From assembly GCF_024521635.1 (NCBI RefSeq), contig NW_026250428.1, positions 310,001 through 374,000 on the forward strand: a stretch of DNA of 64,000 nt, given 5' to 3'. This document shows positions 11,225 to 23,700 of the stretch, piece by piece. This DNA is from Tricharina praecox (lineage: Eukaryota). Numbering within the stretch: the first letter of the stretch is position 1; every line of letters begins with the position of its first letter. Under the pieces are notes generated by a model, which worked only from the letters and a program-made list of their open reading frames with translations, was not told where the DNA came from and made no database searches. The position numbers and the translations under genes were made by a program.

Positions 11225-14011
11225 GCCGTAGGCGACAATAAGCGACGTTCTCTGCTAACTAGCGATGCTAGATTACCGTAAAGTCTGAGGTAAAGTTACA
11301 AAGTCTTGGCTGCCATGCTACTGTGCGACACGCCGCCCGAAATGGCTGCCGATTAGTAGGTTAAGCGAAGATGTTTGGATTGGGCAGGCGGTAAGGACAG
11401 CCGAACTCCGGAACATGGAGTGCTAAGCCCAATCGAGCGGGGGTTGAGCGAGAGTTTCAAGATCGATCGTCGGCCTGTTTGGGAAAGAGAAACTTGATTC
11501 TCAAGACAAAGAGAGCGAGAGGTCTGGAGTCTGGCCGATGTAAAGAACATCGTAAGCACATGCCTGAACCTAAATCCAGCACCAAAGCAATTGTACCGCC
11601 ACGCTGCACGGACAGTTCAGTCATGTGCTGTAAGCCACCCATAGAGTAAACATCCCAATCCACCGAACCACCAGCCAACATTCCAGAAGCCAATCCAACA
11701 TCGGCAGCAAGTACTGTACGCCACCATGCCTCACGCCCGCCACCTGCCAGCGGCGCAAATCCTCTCATTCGATCCCTCCGCACTCCCCCACGACACTAAC
11801 CCCGCGCGGCCACGGCCCGCCCACCAGAGCTCCACGGACTCCATACTCGGGAAACCGGGGCCAGGATTCAGCCAAACGACTCAACGACTCAACCCCATAC
11901 CGCTCCCCCGCCAACTCGCCAGATGGTTCCGGCAGTACATCTTGTCTCTATCGACTCATGTCGACATCTCAGCCGTGTCACCACCCACTCCTCCCCTCCG
12001 GACGCCAGTCCACCGTAATATGGTATCACTCTTGCTTGAGTAGGTACTGCGGCCGATGTCCGTGCATACATCCACACATCAATCCTGCTGCCGGTGTGGC
12101 CGGTAATCCTCGCGATGCTGCTGGATGATAGGCAGTACCGGTACATGTGGACAACCCGGCATGACAACGGCAGACGGGGACGAGAGGTGGGTTCGACATT
12201 ACCGGTAGATAAGCCTTATTCACTACGGCAGCCCCGCCTCCGCGAGAGCTAGCTTCGTTCCGTGATGGATATGTCCATGTCCACGTTGCACCCCCAGGTG
12301 CACACGCCTCGCCTCCACGACCGCACACCGGGAGGAGAGGCCTTTGGTCGAGGCTCGGTACGCATTCCAGTAGTTATCGGCATGAGGCTCGTACAGGAGA
12401 TATATACAGTTGACTTCTAGGGACTATCCGGCCCCTTCTGTGCCGTGGGCCTTCAGCCGAGGTTCAAAGACGTTGGTGCTGTTGCCGCCCAAGCCCATGA
12501 GCTCACAGGGCAGACACCTTGGAGATGACGCCCATTATGCCCATAATGCCCCTCCTTCGCCGGAGCCCAATCCACCCACCTATCTTCCCACCAGCGGCAA
12601 TCCACCGCCCATTCACCTCCTACTCACCATCAACCACACCTACAAAGCCGGAGTATATTCCGCCTGCGCCGTGACCACATCCTCCTCCCCACCCCATCAC
12701 CTCTCGATCGTTCTAAAACAGTACCCTCGCTTGACCTCCGCAGCCCTGAAGCCTCGAAGCCGAACTCCGGGCGTATGATATCATACAACCGCCTGCTCCC
12801 CTACAGGGCCACGGCGTGGGCGTCCCAACCTGCATCGGTGTCTACAGCTAGTACAGCCAGACCAATCCTTCGGAACGAAGCCGCAGACTCGCTGAGGGCC
12901 TGTGGCCCGTGCTCGGACTCATCCCTTTACCCGTACAGCCCGGTTTCGGCCGCTTCGGACGCTTCAGCGCAGACCAACAGGCAGCAAGTGGTGATGGTGG
13001 ATTTCGCGCACTGTGCTTGTCGATGCGCTGGAGCCGCGCAGGCGGGAGAAGGCTATGCGGAATGACCGCGCTGCGTGTGAGTGCTTGTGGGATACAATCG
13101 TAGACAGTGCTGTGACGACCCGGATAGCTGCGAGGGTGACGATGAGAATAACTAGTAGCTTGAGGTGTGAGGTGTTGGTGATTGTTACGGCGAGGATGGC
13201 AGTGCAATAGGTAGATAGGCGTGGTTTGGATACTTGCTCCTACTCAGATAGATATTCATCTACTTCTATGCTAATTAATGAGACATTGTTCGTATGGTTC
13301 TTGCGAACAGCCTACAGGTCTTTCGTACGGATGAACTTCCCATTGTTCACTGAAGCGACGAGAAGAGCTGCCACTGCAGTGGCAATAGATATTTCTCGGA
13401 TATTTAGCTGCAGACGAGGGCCCGGTAAGTACCATTGGATGGTGACTGCTGAGACGACTGGTTGAGTGCCGGCTGTTGGTGGGAGGACATCGTATTGAAT
13501 GGATGTCAACACTGCAGAGGCAGGTGGTCGCACCCCGCCCGCTCTACTGCATTTTAGCAATGGTGTCGCATACATACTTCGGTGCTCTACATGCAGGGTC
13601 GGCAGCTGGTACCTGCTTTACAGTGCGAACCCAACTGCTTGCGAGAGCGCCAGTTCTGCCGCCACGCTGCTGTCGGGATTGGCAAGGTACTGAGGCCGCT
13701 GGGTTGGACAGGTCGGTACGGTTTACTCGTATGCAACTCCGCCGCTGCTACATTGGCCGCCACATCACTACCCCGCACACCCGCACATTGGCTAACTAGC
13801 ATCCATCGCCGGCCGGCCATCCCGCCTGCTGGATCTGCCGAGAGAAAAGCTCCCCGCCACTAGTCCGATCCGTTAGTTCCGCCCACCCCTCCACAGCCAG
13901 TCCTTCACGTCTCCTCGCGCTTCCCCCCACACACGCGTTTCCTCACGACACATCGCGTTTATCCCTCACGTGCTCCCTCGCGCGCGTCTCCCCTCTACGT
14001 CATCCCCCACC

Positions 14012-16725
14012 ATGTCGCGATATCTCAGTGAGTTCGCGCTTACCGATGTGCGCGGCGGCACCACCACCACCACCAAGACTGACATGACTACGCACCACAG
14101 CACCGGGAAAGATCGCGCTTATCGCGCTGGTCCGAGAATATGCCGACCACAAGTTCCCGAACCCGGCGATCATGCCGGTGCTCGGCTTCGTGCTGAAGCA
14201 CCTGAACCGGCCGACGGATGCGTCAACGTTCAACCTGACGCCGGAGGACCTGATCGCAGCGACCGTAAACTACCAGAGCTCCGTCGTCGGCCGCACGGTG
14301 CTGGACCTCCTCGTGATCGATCTGTGGAACATCAACTGTCTCGACGCGCTCAACACGTTCTTCCAAGAACTACGGATGTACCATCAGCGGCCTGTGGGTG
14401 CGCCGCCTGGCATCGACGTCAAACGCAGGCTGATTGCTGATGCCTCCCCGCTCGGAATGTTCCTGAGAAGGTCCCTGCTCGAGTTCGAGAAGCTGCAGTT
14501 TCACGAGATCAACTCGCTGTGGTACGCCTTTGCGAGGTTCCGCGAACCTACCTTTCCCCTGTGGAAGCTGCGCCCGCATGGTGGTGGGATCAGCGCGGAC
14601 GTCAACCTGAGGGGGACCGCGCTGGATGATCCGCTCGTGAGGAATGTGTATATGGGGCATGAGAAGGGGACTAAGTGTAAGCTGTTTGTCTCCGGATCGC
14701 ATGGCGTTGGTTTGCTGAATGCGGGTTAGATACTGTGTCTACGGAGGAGATCGAGAGACTTCTGGAGTTCCAGGTTGAGTTGATGCAGAGTATGCCGACG
14801 AGTCCCTCCCGCCTGCTTGCCCACCTGCTGACCTCTCAACTAGAACTGGGATCGCGAGTATCGGATGACACGCAGCAGCGATTGCGCGACATGATCTCGA
14901 CGTGCGTTCCCGCCTCGCATCTCCGGCACTACGTCAACTTCCTGAACTCCTGGCGATCCGGCGACTACCCCGGTGCGTTCGACAGCCTGCACCGGTACTT
15001 CGACTACACCATGCACACGCGAGACCGAACATACTACCAATACGCCCTTTTGAACCTCGCCATCCTACAGGCCGACTTCGGTTGCCACCGGGAGTCGGTG
15101 CTGGCAATGCAGGAGACCATCAATGCCGCGCGCGAAACGAAAGACATGGCGTGCCTCAACTTCGCGCTCTCCTGGCTGTACCACTTCCACCGGGCGCATC
15201 CACAAGACTGTCCAGAGGTGATAGCGGCGCGTATGGAGCGAGAATCGCTCTCCTTGCTGAAGCTAAAAGCGAAAGAGTGGGGAATGGACCACCTTTTATC
15301 GATGGCGTACCTCTCGGAGACGCGGCAGATCCTGCTATGCGGCGAATCGATCCCGTCAGCGTTCGAGAGCCTCCTGCGGAGCTCGCACATCAACACCACG
15401 CGGCAGATCCGCAACGCCACCGGCTCCCAAATCTTGCTGCAGTCCACGCTGTGGAGTCGTCTCGGCGTCACCCAGTGCGCGTGGATTAGCTGCGAGGCGT
15501 TCCTGGCGAAGTACCGTGGTTGCTCGCCCGCCGAGGATCTCGCCGTCGCCCTATGCAAGAGCGCGTATATACTCTCAATGCGCGGCCGCTTCGAGGAGGC
15601 GTTTGATCGCCTCGATCAGATCTCGCCTGAGTCTCTGAGGTCACTCAAGATTAACCAGTACTGGACCGCGTACTCGGCGCTCATTAAGCTAAGACGCGCT
15701 GTGCACAGGTATACCTACCATTTCGTATGGCGGGGAGAAGATGCTGACTACAATCTAACCTTAGAGACGAAGTCGCGGGTGCCGAGTTGTTGCTGCAACA
15801 GCTCACGGCGGCGGAGCAGATGGAGCAGGATTGTCGCCTCGAGATATCGGTGACTCGCATCGAGTTTCTGATGAGGCTGGGGAATTTCACGTCGGTACGT
15901 GCTGCTTCTTGTCATGACATGCATACAGCAATTCTGACGAGTGATACTTGTGATACATAGGCCCTAGCGAACTGCGAGCAGGTGTACGACGACCTTGTGC
16001 GAAACGACTCGGACGCCTATAACCGCGTACGGCTGATAATCATGAAAGCGGAGATCTTTGTGGTTCGTACCTCCTGCTTGCTTAGCTCTCACTCGGTAGC
16101 CTATTAACCCCCCCGTAGAAAATGGGCCGGCACTCTCGTGGCCTCTCGATCGCGATCCACGCAGGATCCACCGCCTGGCGCGCACGGTTCATGCCAATGC
16201 TGTACCAGGCGTTCACGGTGATCGCGGGGATCTTCGTGCACCTGGAGGAGTACGAGGCGGCGTACCAAATGCTGGACGGGATCATGCCGCAGATCCTGGA
16301 GTGCGAGGACTCATTCCTGACTGCGGTTGCGTTCGGCGTTCTCGCTGACGGCCAGGTCGGCCGCGCTGGCACGAGTAACAGTAGTACCTGGAGAGAACAG
16401 TGTCTCAATAAGGCGCTGGGGTATTTGGATCGCGCTTTCCTGGGTAGCCCCCCTCTTCCCCCACACCCCCACGACCCCCAGCGGGAAGGGCTGATGAAGA
16501 ATAGAGTACTCGCACATGCAAGACGTTCCCGGCCAGAAATCGACCATCAGCAAGAAGATACGCATACACAATTTCCTCGAGAACCGTGCGCTCCGCGACG
16601 ACGCGGTTAAGATATACAGACAGATCGAGCGCGATCAGGATGAGCGCAAGAATTTGCCGCCGCCTATTCCGTCGCCGAAGCAGGCGGGGAGAGATGCGGG
16701 GTTGGGTGCTGGTAGGCGTGCTTGA
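14012..16725 (+). CDS. APC5: Anaphase-promoting complex subunit 5 (TPR-like)
   Basis: ATG at 14012 plus the intron at 14028-14100 gives MSRYLTPGKIALIALVREY, a typical fungal Apc5 N-terminus. It also contains SPLGMFLRRSLLEFEKLQF and the Apc5-domain block GDYPGAFDSLHRYFDY...YQYALLNLAILQADFG...ARETKDMACLNFALSWL. About six more short GT-AG introns; stop TGA at 16725. Confidence 0.93.
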
Positions 16726-16972
16726 TTAGATTGGAGGGCAGCAAGGGCAGGAGGGCAGGAGGGCATGATGGCAATAGAAGCGCACTTTACTATGATAGAT
16801 GGGGAGTAAATCACTTGATACCAATTTACTGTTTTTTTCCGCAACTTTCCTTAGGTACTCGATCCGACCCGAATGAGTGAGAATGAGAGATGTGTGAAAA
16901 CAGACAGACAGAAACAGACAGACAGAACCCTCCCTCGTGCGTGAATTTTCTAATGTACATAAAATACAAGTA

Positions 16973-17040
16973 AACGGACCAAACGACCAACGGACCAACC
17001 AACGGACCAACCAACCAGCGGACCAACGGACAGCCCAAAC
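16973..17040. repeat. Degenerate (CGG)ACCA / CCAA short-unit repeat tract between convergent gene ends
   Basis: acggaccaaacgaccaacggaccaaccaacggaccaaccaaccagcggaccaacgg seen directly. Confidence 0.7.
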
Positions 17041-17755
17041 AGCTGGACGCCCGACCTGACCTGAATGAAAAGAGAACCTCCGCGGGGTTCGTTGGCCGGA
17101 TTGACATAAATATGTACCTACCGTACCATACGGTGTCTTCGGGAAAGGCCAGGGCGGAGAGCAAGGGAAGCTATAGTACACGTCGGGCCACTTAACGAAA
17201 GTTGGTTTAGACTGTGGGCATGATTTTCTCCCTGTACGTCTATTGAAGGCACCGATAGATGGAATATGAGCCACAAAAATCCGTCAAGATTATCCATCAC
17301 AAAAGTACAACAAATCATGCCCTCGAGTCCCCTCGAATCCTTCGAGTTTTTAGAACACCCGTCCGGTTTCCATCACATCACATCGTATCATCGTGTGTCC
17401 ATACTAGTAGAAGATTTCATTCTCCCAGTCGTTCCGCGGACACCCCCTCCCAGCCCCGCGTAGCCGCAGCAGAGGTACTCGACACAGGTAGTAACCAGGA
17501 TACATTTCGTTGCAAAAGACGTGCAAAAAGACGAGCACAAAAAAATTCGATACGATACAAAAAAATGCAAATCCGTTCGCCCGACCCCAAAGGAAAAATA
17601 TTGGAAAAAATGGAAAAAAAAAGGGAAAAAAAAGGGAAAAAGGAAAAAAGGAAAAGATGGGGAAAAAAACAAGTGACAGAGAACCCAGCCCAAGCCATGT
17701 TTTACACTTTCGCGCAATCTAACCGTATCCGCAGTATCCGCGGTATCACCTCACA

Positions 17756-19856
17756 TCAAGCCTTGGTATTGACGCGGCTCTTCTTCTCCGTGGGTTTTTT
17801 CAACACCGAACCCGAAGGCCTTCTCTTTCTGGGAGCACTGGCCGCGTTCGGTTTGGAAGCGGGCTTGGTAGTAATGGTGGTATTGATAGTGACGGGGGAT
17901 TTGACCTCGTTACAACTACCGTTCATGTTGGCCATAGGTTTGGAATCCATCGCGAAGGCCGACTCGACATCGGCAAACATGGAGTGGCTGGACATGTCAT
18001 CCCAGTTGAGCCCATCACCGTTGGTGTTGACCGGAGCTTGAGAGCCCCTGGGTCGCCTGGTCGTCCCGAGAATGTCGCTAGTAAGCTGCTCCAGCGTCAC
18101 GGGCCCGAAACCTGTATCGAGTGCCGGGTCCAACGGTAAGATCCCAGATACCGGCGACTGGTCGGCCGAGCCGGGAATCCCATCACTCACAGGGGTCTCG
18201 ATGCATCCAACCTGCTCCGAGGGAGTAAGAGGCTCGATCCAGTTTGCGGCAAGATGCTCGTTCATCAGATTGTTTACGATGAACGCGGTAGAGTCGGCTT
18301 TAGTAGGCTGTGGTGGTGGCTCCTGCATAGCCATGGCCATCGCCGGATCCACCATTGACAGCTGTTTATCGGAGTAGTGGTCCTCATCCACGTCCTCTTC
18401 CCCGTACGACTCTTCTTCCGCCGTAACGGACTCGGACTTGACCTGTCGTGGGCGCGCCTTGAAACCGGCAGACTCGTATCGGTCCGGGAAAGCGTTACGA
18501 AACCTAACCCACGTCACCGATTAGGTAAATCGGACTACCATAGAGTACCCGAACGAACGAATGAACTGAGAAACCATACCGATCGCGCAGATCCGTGCTT
18601 CGTCGATGAGCGAGATGTAGCGCAGGATCGCCCTGGATTCTGCTCCAGGACGGACCGTACTGGGTAAGCCAATGAGTTAGCTGTATTCCCCACGGACGCG
18701 ATCCGATGCGGTCGGACACATACGATCTGGAATCCCTGCAAGAGGCGATGGTCCTCCTCTGCCGTAAACTCGCGTCGCTCCCTGCGTGCCACCTTGGGGA
18801 AACGGTCGCTGATGCCGAGCCCCTTCAGGACTTCGGCGTGGTGCAATTCCGTCTTTGTAACCTTCCGCCGACCGCGTTCCGGCTGTTGGGTCGGCGCCGG
18901 CCCGAGCATAGTGTGCATGTGACCGACTTCCACCAATGCTTCCATCCCCTCCTGGGTGGCTTCGAGCTTGACCTGCTGTTCGGCGAGCATGGCGTCTTTC
19001 CGGTACTCCTTCGGGAAACATGTGCGAAAACTGTGGTCACATCAGCTAGCTGTCATAGGTGAGGGATAACACGTGGCTGGGGGATCAACGCATACCGGTC
19101 CTTCAAGTCCACAGCTGACCGGTCGTCAAACTTGTACTTGGGGTCATCCAGGACCTTCTTCCAATTTCCCACGCCGTGCTCGCGACATCCGATGATGAGA
19201 TCGTTGGTTTCCTGCTCGGTCCACTTCCGTCGCATGCGTCGTCTCTTTCCCTGCTTCTTCTTCTGTTGCCCTTGCTGCTGATCCTGCTGCTGATCCTGTT
19301 GCTGCTGCTGTTGGTACTCATGTTGCTGTTGTTGCTGCTCTTGCTGCTGCTGCTCCTGCTGGCGCTGAGAACGTCTAGTAACAGGCGAGGACTGCTGCAG
19401 CGGCGACGACTGTTGCGGCGGCTGCGACGCCCCAGCCTGCTGTAGCTGTGTCTGAAGCGAAGGGTGGTAACCGTGCTGCAGCGGGGGTTCGGCAGCTTTC
19501 GGCGGCGTGATGATGGGCGGGTACGCTAGCGGAACGGGAGAGGATTGAGTATCGCCGGTCGAAATCTGGTGGTGGTCGTCTGTCTGGTCATTCTGCAGCT
19601 GGTGGTGCTGTTGGTGGTGAAGCTGTTGGTGGTGCTGCTGGTGCTGCTGCTGTTGCTGGTGGTGCTGCTGGTTGTTCTGCTGTTGCTGCTGTACGGGCCT
19701 CCTGACGGAGGTGTAAGCATCCCGCTGCGGCGAGGACGCGGCGGGCTCGAGCGGGAGGGGGCGGTTGCGAAGCGGGTAGGGGGAGGCGTTCTCGAGCGGC
19801 GGGAGATTGAGAGCGGCCAGGAGGTGTGACGTGATCTGGGTCGGAGTATCCAACAT
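17756..19856 (-). CDS. Double Myb/telobox DNA-binding protein (Teb1/Tay1/TRF-like telomere-repeat-binding factor) with polyQ/H tracts
   Basis: Myb1 is RRKWTEQETNDLIIGCREHGVGNWKKVLDDPKYKFDDRSAVDLKDR|FRTCFP (intron 19095-19031). Myb2 is RREFTAEEDHRLLQGF...YGPSWSRIQGDPALHLAHRRSTDLRDR|FRNAFPDRY. The VDLKDR and TDLRDR motifs are telobox-like. Start taken at ATG 19856 because the longer ORF start is a TTG; stop at 17756. Confidence 0.85.
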
Positions 19857-20774
19857 CGCGCTGGGGCGTGTCGTCCGAGCACGGTATCGGCGGGCGGGTG
19901 TGTGGGAGTGTGGGTGTATGTGGGGATGTATTTTTGGAGGGTGGAAAGAGAGAGCTGGGTGCCGCCGCGGATGGGACAAGGGTTGGGGTTGTGTGGCGGA
20001 GAGTCGTTCACCTTCACTTCACGTTTCGGGTAATCCGTGTGTGTGGATGAAATGAGAAAACGCAGAAACGTCACCAAACGTGAAGAACGAGAAGCTGCAG
20101 GCCGAGAACTGGGATGCACTGTGGCGCGGGTTTCTAGCCTCACGTCGCTCTGGGATGCTCTGTGGCGTTCCTGGACCCAGGTCGCCTTTCAAGTTGGCTG
20201 GCCGTGACTCCGGAGAGTTGCACACCTAACCCTATCGCGGGGAGTTTACTGCACTACGAAGTACCTATGGAGCGCACGCTGTCTTTTTACTTTATCCCCG
20301 AAAGTTCCGAGATAGGGTTCTTGTTAGGTTTCGCTCGAGTAGGTAGAAGCAATATGGTGAGATCGTAACAATCCGAATATCTTCAAAGACAGCGAGAAGT
20401 TACCAGCAGAAACCCTTCCCAGCGTGCACACCCAATGATGGTCTAACCCAGACACAGTTGATGTCCACCAGTAAAGTCGCTCCTGCTGCCCATCTTCTGG
20501 ACAGACCAGCCATAGGTTTCTACAAACCAGTCATCACTTTCGATGATCCAGCCAATGCGGCCATTGTGTTCGACAAACCGGAACAACCATCATTCTACAA
20601 CCCAACCAACGCTCTACTTTCTATGAATACACGCATAAAAGTACATACACATCATGCCGGGTATATATCCAACCATCCCTATGAGAAAAAAGAAACGAAT
20701 CAAAGAAAAAACTGAGTATCCTCCTCAACCGACCAACCGACAGCCCACCGACCAACCCACCCACCCTATTGAAT

Positions 20775-23700
20775 CTAAAACCTCCTAGTCCTGAACAACA
20801 CCAAACTGATGCTGACATCGTTCTCGCCGATGTTTGGCGTGGGTTCAGCCAGACGCTCCCACGGCTTGACCGAGAACTCGGTCAGTCGCCCTCTCTGCAG
20901 CGCCTTGAGGGTTTCTGCGCCCTCGTCAGCTCCGGTCAGGAACGACGACATCGGCACACGCTTTCCCTTGTTCTCGCGCTTGAGCTGTAGCCGGGTTTCT
21001 TCCGGAAGTCCTATAGGGGTGTGGTTAGTGAATGGACGTGGAAACTCGCAGCGAGCTCAGCCGATTGCGGGCATGCTCTCTCACTCCAACACAGCTTGCC
21101 CGGATACCAGATGCCTGAACCGGAATAGGTGGAGCTACGTACCATCGCAAAAGCTCTCAGCAAGTGAAAGCACCAGCTCGAAATATGCTTCGTCCTTTCG
21201 TATAACCTCATGCTTTTGGCCACACATTGATTAACGACGGGACGGAAGACCGGGATAGATGACACCACAAACCTTGAGTAGGATACACAATTTCCTGAGC
21301 ATGCGCGCTTGGTCCGTCGACGAAGTTACCTTTCCCGGGACGAAGGAGACCCGATGTATCGTCAAGAACGTCATGAAGAGCACAAACCTATCCGAATCCG
21401 TCGCCGACATCAGTATTTGACACATGGAGCAACGAGCAACGAGCAAAAAAGCAAAGCTCACCAGCAACGGAATTCTCCGTAGGATTCGTGATTCCACCAC
21501 GACACTCCGAGCGTATCTTCGTCGCGCGTTGACGATAGGATGAGCAGCAGCTTGTACATCCGCTCGATGAGCAGAGACGACATGTATTCGCGCTCGACCG
21601 CCTTACAGGAGACCGTAGATTGCACGATCGAGAGGAAAGCATGCGCGAGCGACTCGCCCGTGGCGTGGGTGTGGGCAAGAGGCAAGTCGAGTGTTTCTAC
21701 CAGCCTGGGCGTGCAAAAAAAGGTTCTCCAATCCAGGAATAACTCTTCGACGTCGGCCCGAATCTAGAATGTCGCGGACCAGGTTAGCGAGGATCGGATG
21801 TGACTGGGACGACCTCATACCTGAGCAGCCCTGTCTTTGTCGAGCACCGTCACGAGTTCGGTACAAGTCCTGCGTCTGGAGCTGGATGCCGAGGCTATAC
21901 CCCTAATAAATGGCCTGGCGATCGTATTCGAGACGCGTGCCCCAGATTTCAGATCGGGGCCGCCGAAGGACGTGGAATCGATGAGCTCCGCTTTCAGTAT
22001 GATCCGCAGCTTCAGTTTGCAGAGTCCTATGGAGAAATCATTTGCCAGATCGAGGAGTCGGCCCACTTGTACGTGGGCATCGACCTCCGCATTATCGTCT
22101 GTGATTTTATCGTGTGAGTAACGGAGAGGAATCGTGGGTGCGGTGGGAGCGTTGTTCAAACCATTGCAATCGTTGTCGTCTAAGAGGTTATCTAAAAGTA
22201 GCTGTAGCCACCATAGATGTGTAGGTTGTAAGAGAGGCTCAACGAGCTGTGTCCTCAGGAGATCCGGTTTCTGTACCACCAGCTTCCTCAGAACCTCGAG
22301 GGAAGAAACCGAAGACAGCAGACGGAGTGTGTATCGGTGCAACTCCTCGGATTGCGACGTTGTGCAGAGAACGATGACATCGCGGAACATCGCCAACAAG
22401 AGGTGTGCGGAAGTCGCAATGAACGATTTGCGCCGGCGTTTGAGGGTGTACATGTCCTGCGCCTCGATTAGCATACGAACATCAGGTGAAGGAGGGCAAT
22501 TGGGCAATCTCCTACCTGGGCGGAAAGCAGGGTTGCAAAGGGATTTTCGTGGACGATCAGTTCGAGAACCATGGCGAGAAACATACCGGCGTCGAAAGCA
22601 TTTACCGACTGGAACTCGACCATAAGCTGTGGCGAAAAGTCGGATAGAGAATGAAAACATACCTCGTCGCGTTTCTGCAAGAGCATCGTCAACGCGATGC
22701 CGACCAACATCTCAATCCTGAGACAGGATCCAGCAACCATGCTCGAGAGAGCTCGAAACAGCGGTATCCGGTTGTGGCATGTTTTCATGCGGGTTATCCA
22801 GCGCCGCAAAAGCTCATCGAAGAAGCTCGCGTCGAAAGATCTCAGCTTCAACAAGCCCCTGGTCGCAGAGCAGATGTGCAGCTGCTGTTTCTCCGGATCA
22901 CTGAACGAGGCCTCCAGCGAGAAAACGGTGGTTTCAAAGATCCGAGACATGTTCGGCTTGTCAATGACCGCACGACTCTTCCACAGCCGATCAATCTCTT
23001 CGTCGTCGGCCATGCCGATGTCCATGAATCCGGACTCTAGAGACTGTTCAACCGTAGCTCGAGGATGTTGCACGTCATACGAAGCGAGCGCATGTTGCAA
23101 GTCGAACCGCATACCACCTTCGGTCCCAGTGACGGATAGCAGCTCCAGAAAGGAAGCCAGGAAATGTCTGTTGGTAGGCGCTCTTCGCGACTGCAGCTTC
23201 TTGAACTTCACGTCCGGAAAATCAGCTGGATGGTCAAACGGTTTCCTCGTGCGAGCACTTACCCCCTGGAACAATTTCCGCTCCAAATCCTCAACTGGGT
23301 GGAGCGCAGAAATTGCCTCGAGATTGAAATTGATGGTCTCGGCAGTCATGGCAAGGATGGCTGCGTTGTCAGAGCCGACCAAGATGTGGATTACCTGCAT
23401 CGCTCGTCAAAACCCTGTACCACAAAAACACGCTTTCAACCCGGACACACTTACCTCGACCAAAACCGCGATATCGCCGATTTCCTCCAAGACCTGTCGA
23501 ATGAAAGCCACCTGCGCCGTCGACAACACGTTCACACTCGGCTCAATGGCAGAAACTTTGCCACGCCAGCTGTCTCGAGCATATCTGCAATCATGTACCA
23601 TCAGCATGGGGGATTGCCGCAGTGCTGGAGTAAATAACATACCGCTGCTGCTCCGTCACAAGCATCAGAAGGTTTGATTTGATCCACATCCCCACCACGG

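Noticed and set aside
17259..18041. 260-aa plus-strand ORF with a Lys-rich middle
   Set aside because: The Lys run comes from the antisense of a T-rich 3'UTR, and the rest is antisense to the Myb gene's last exon.
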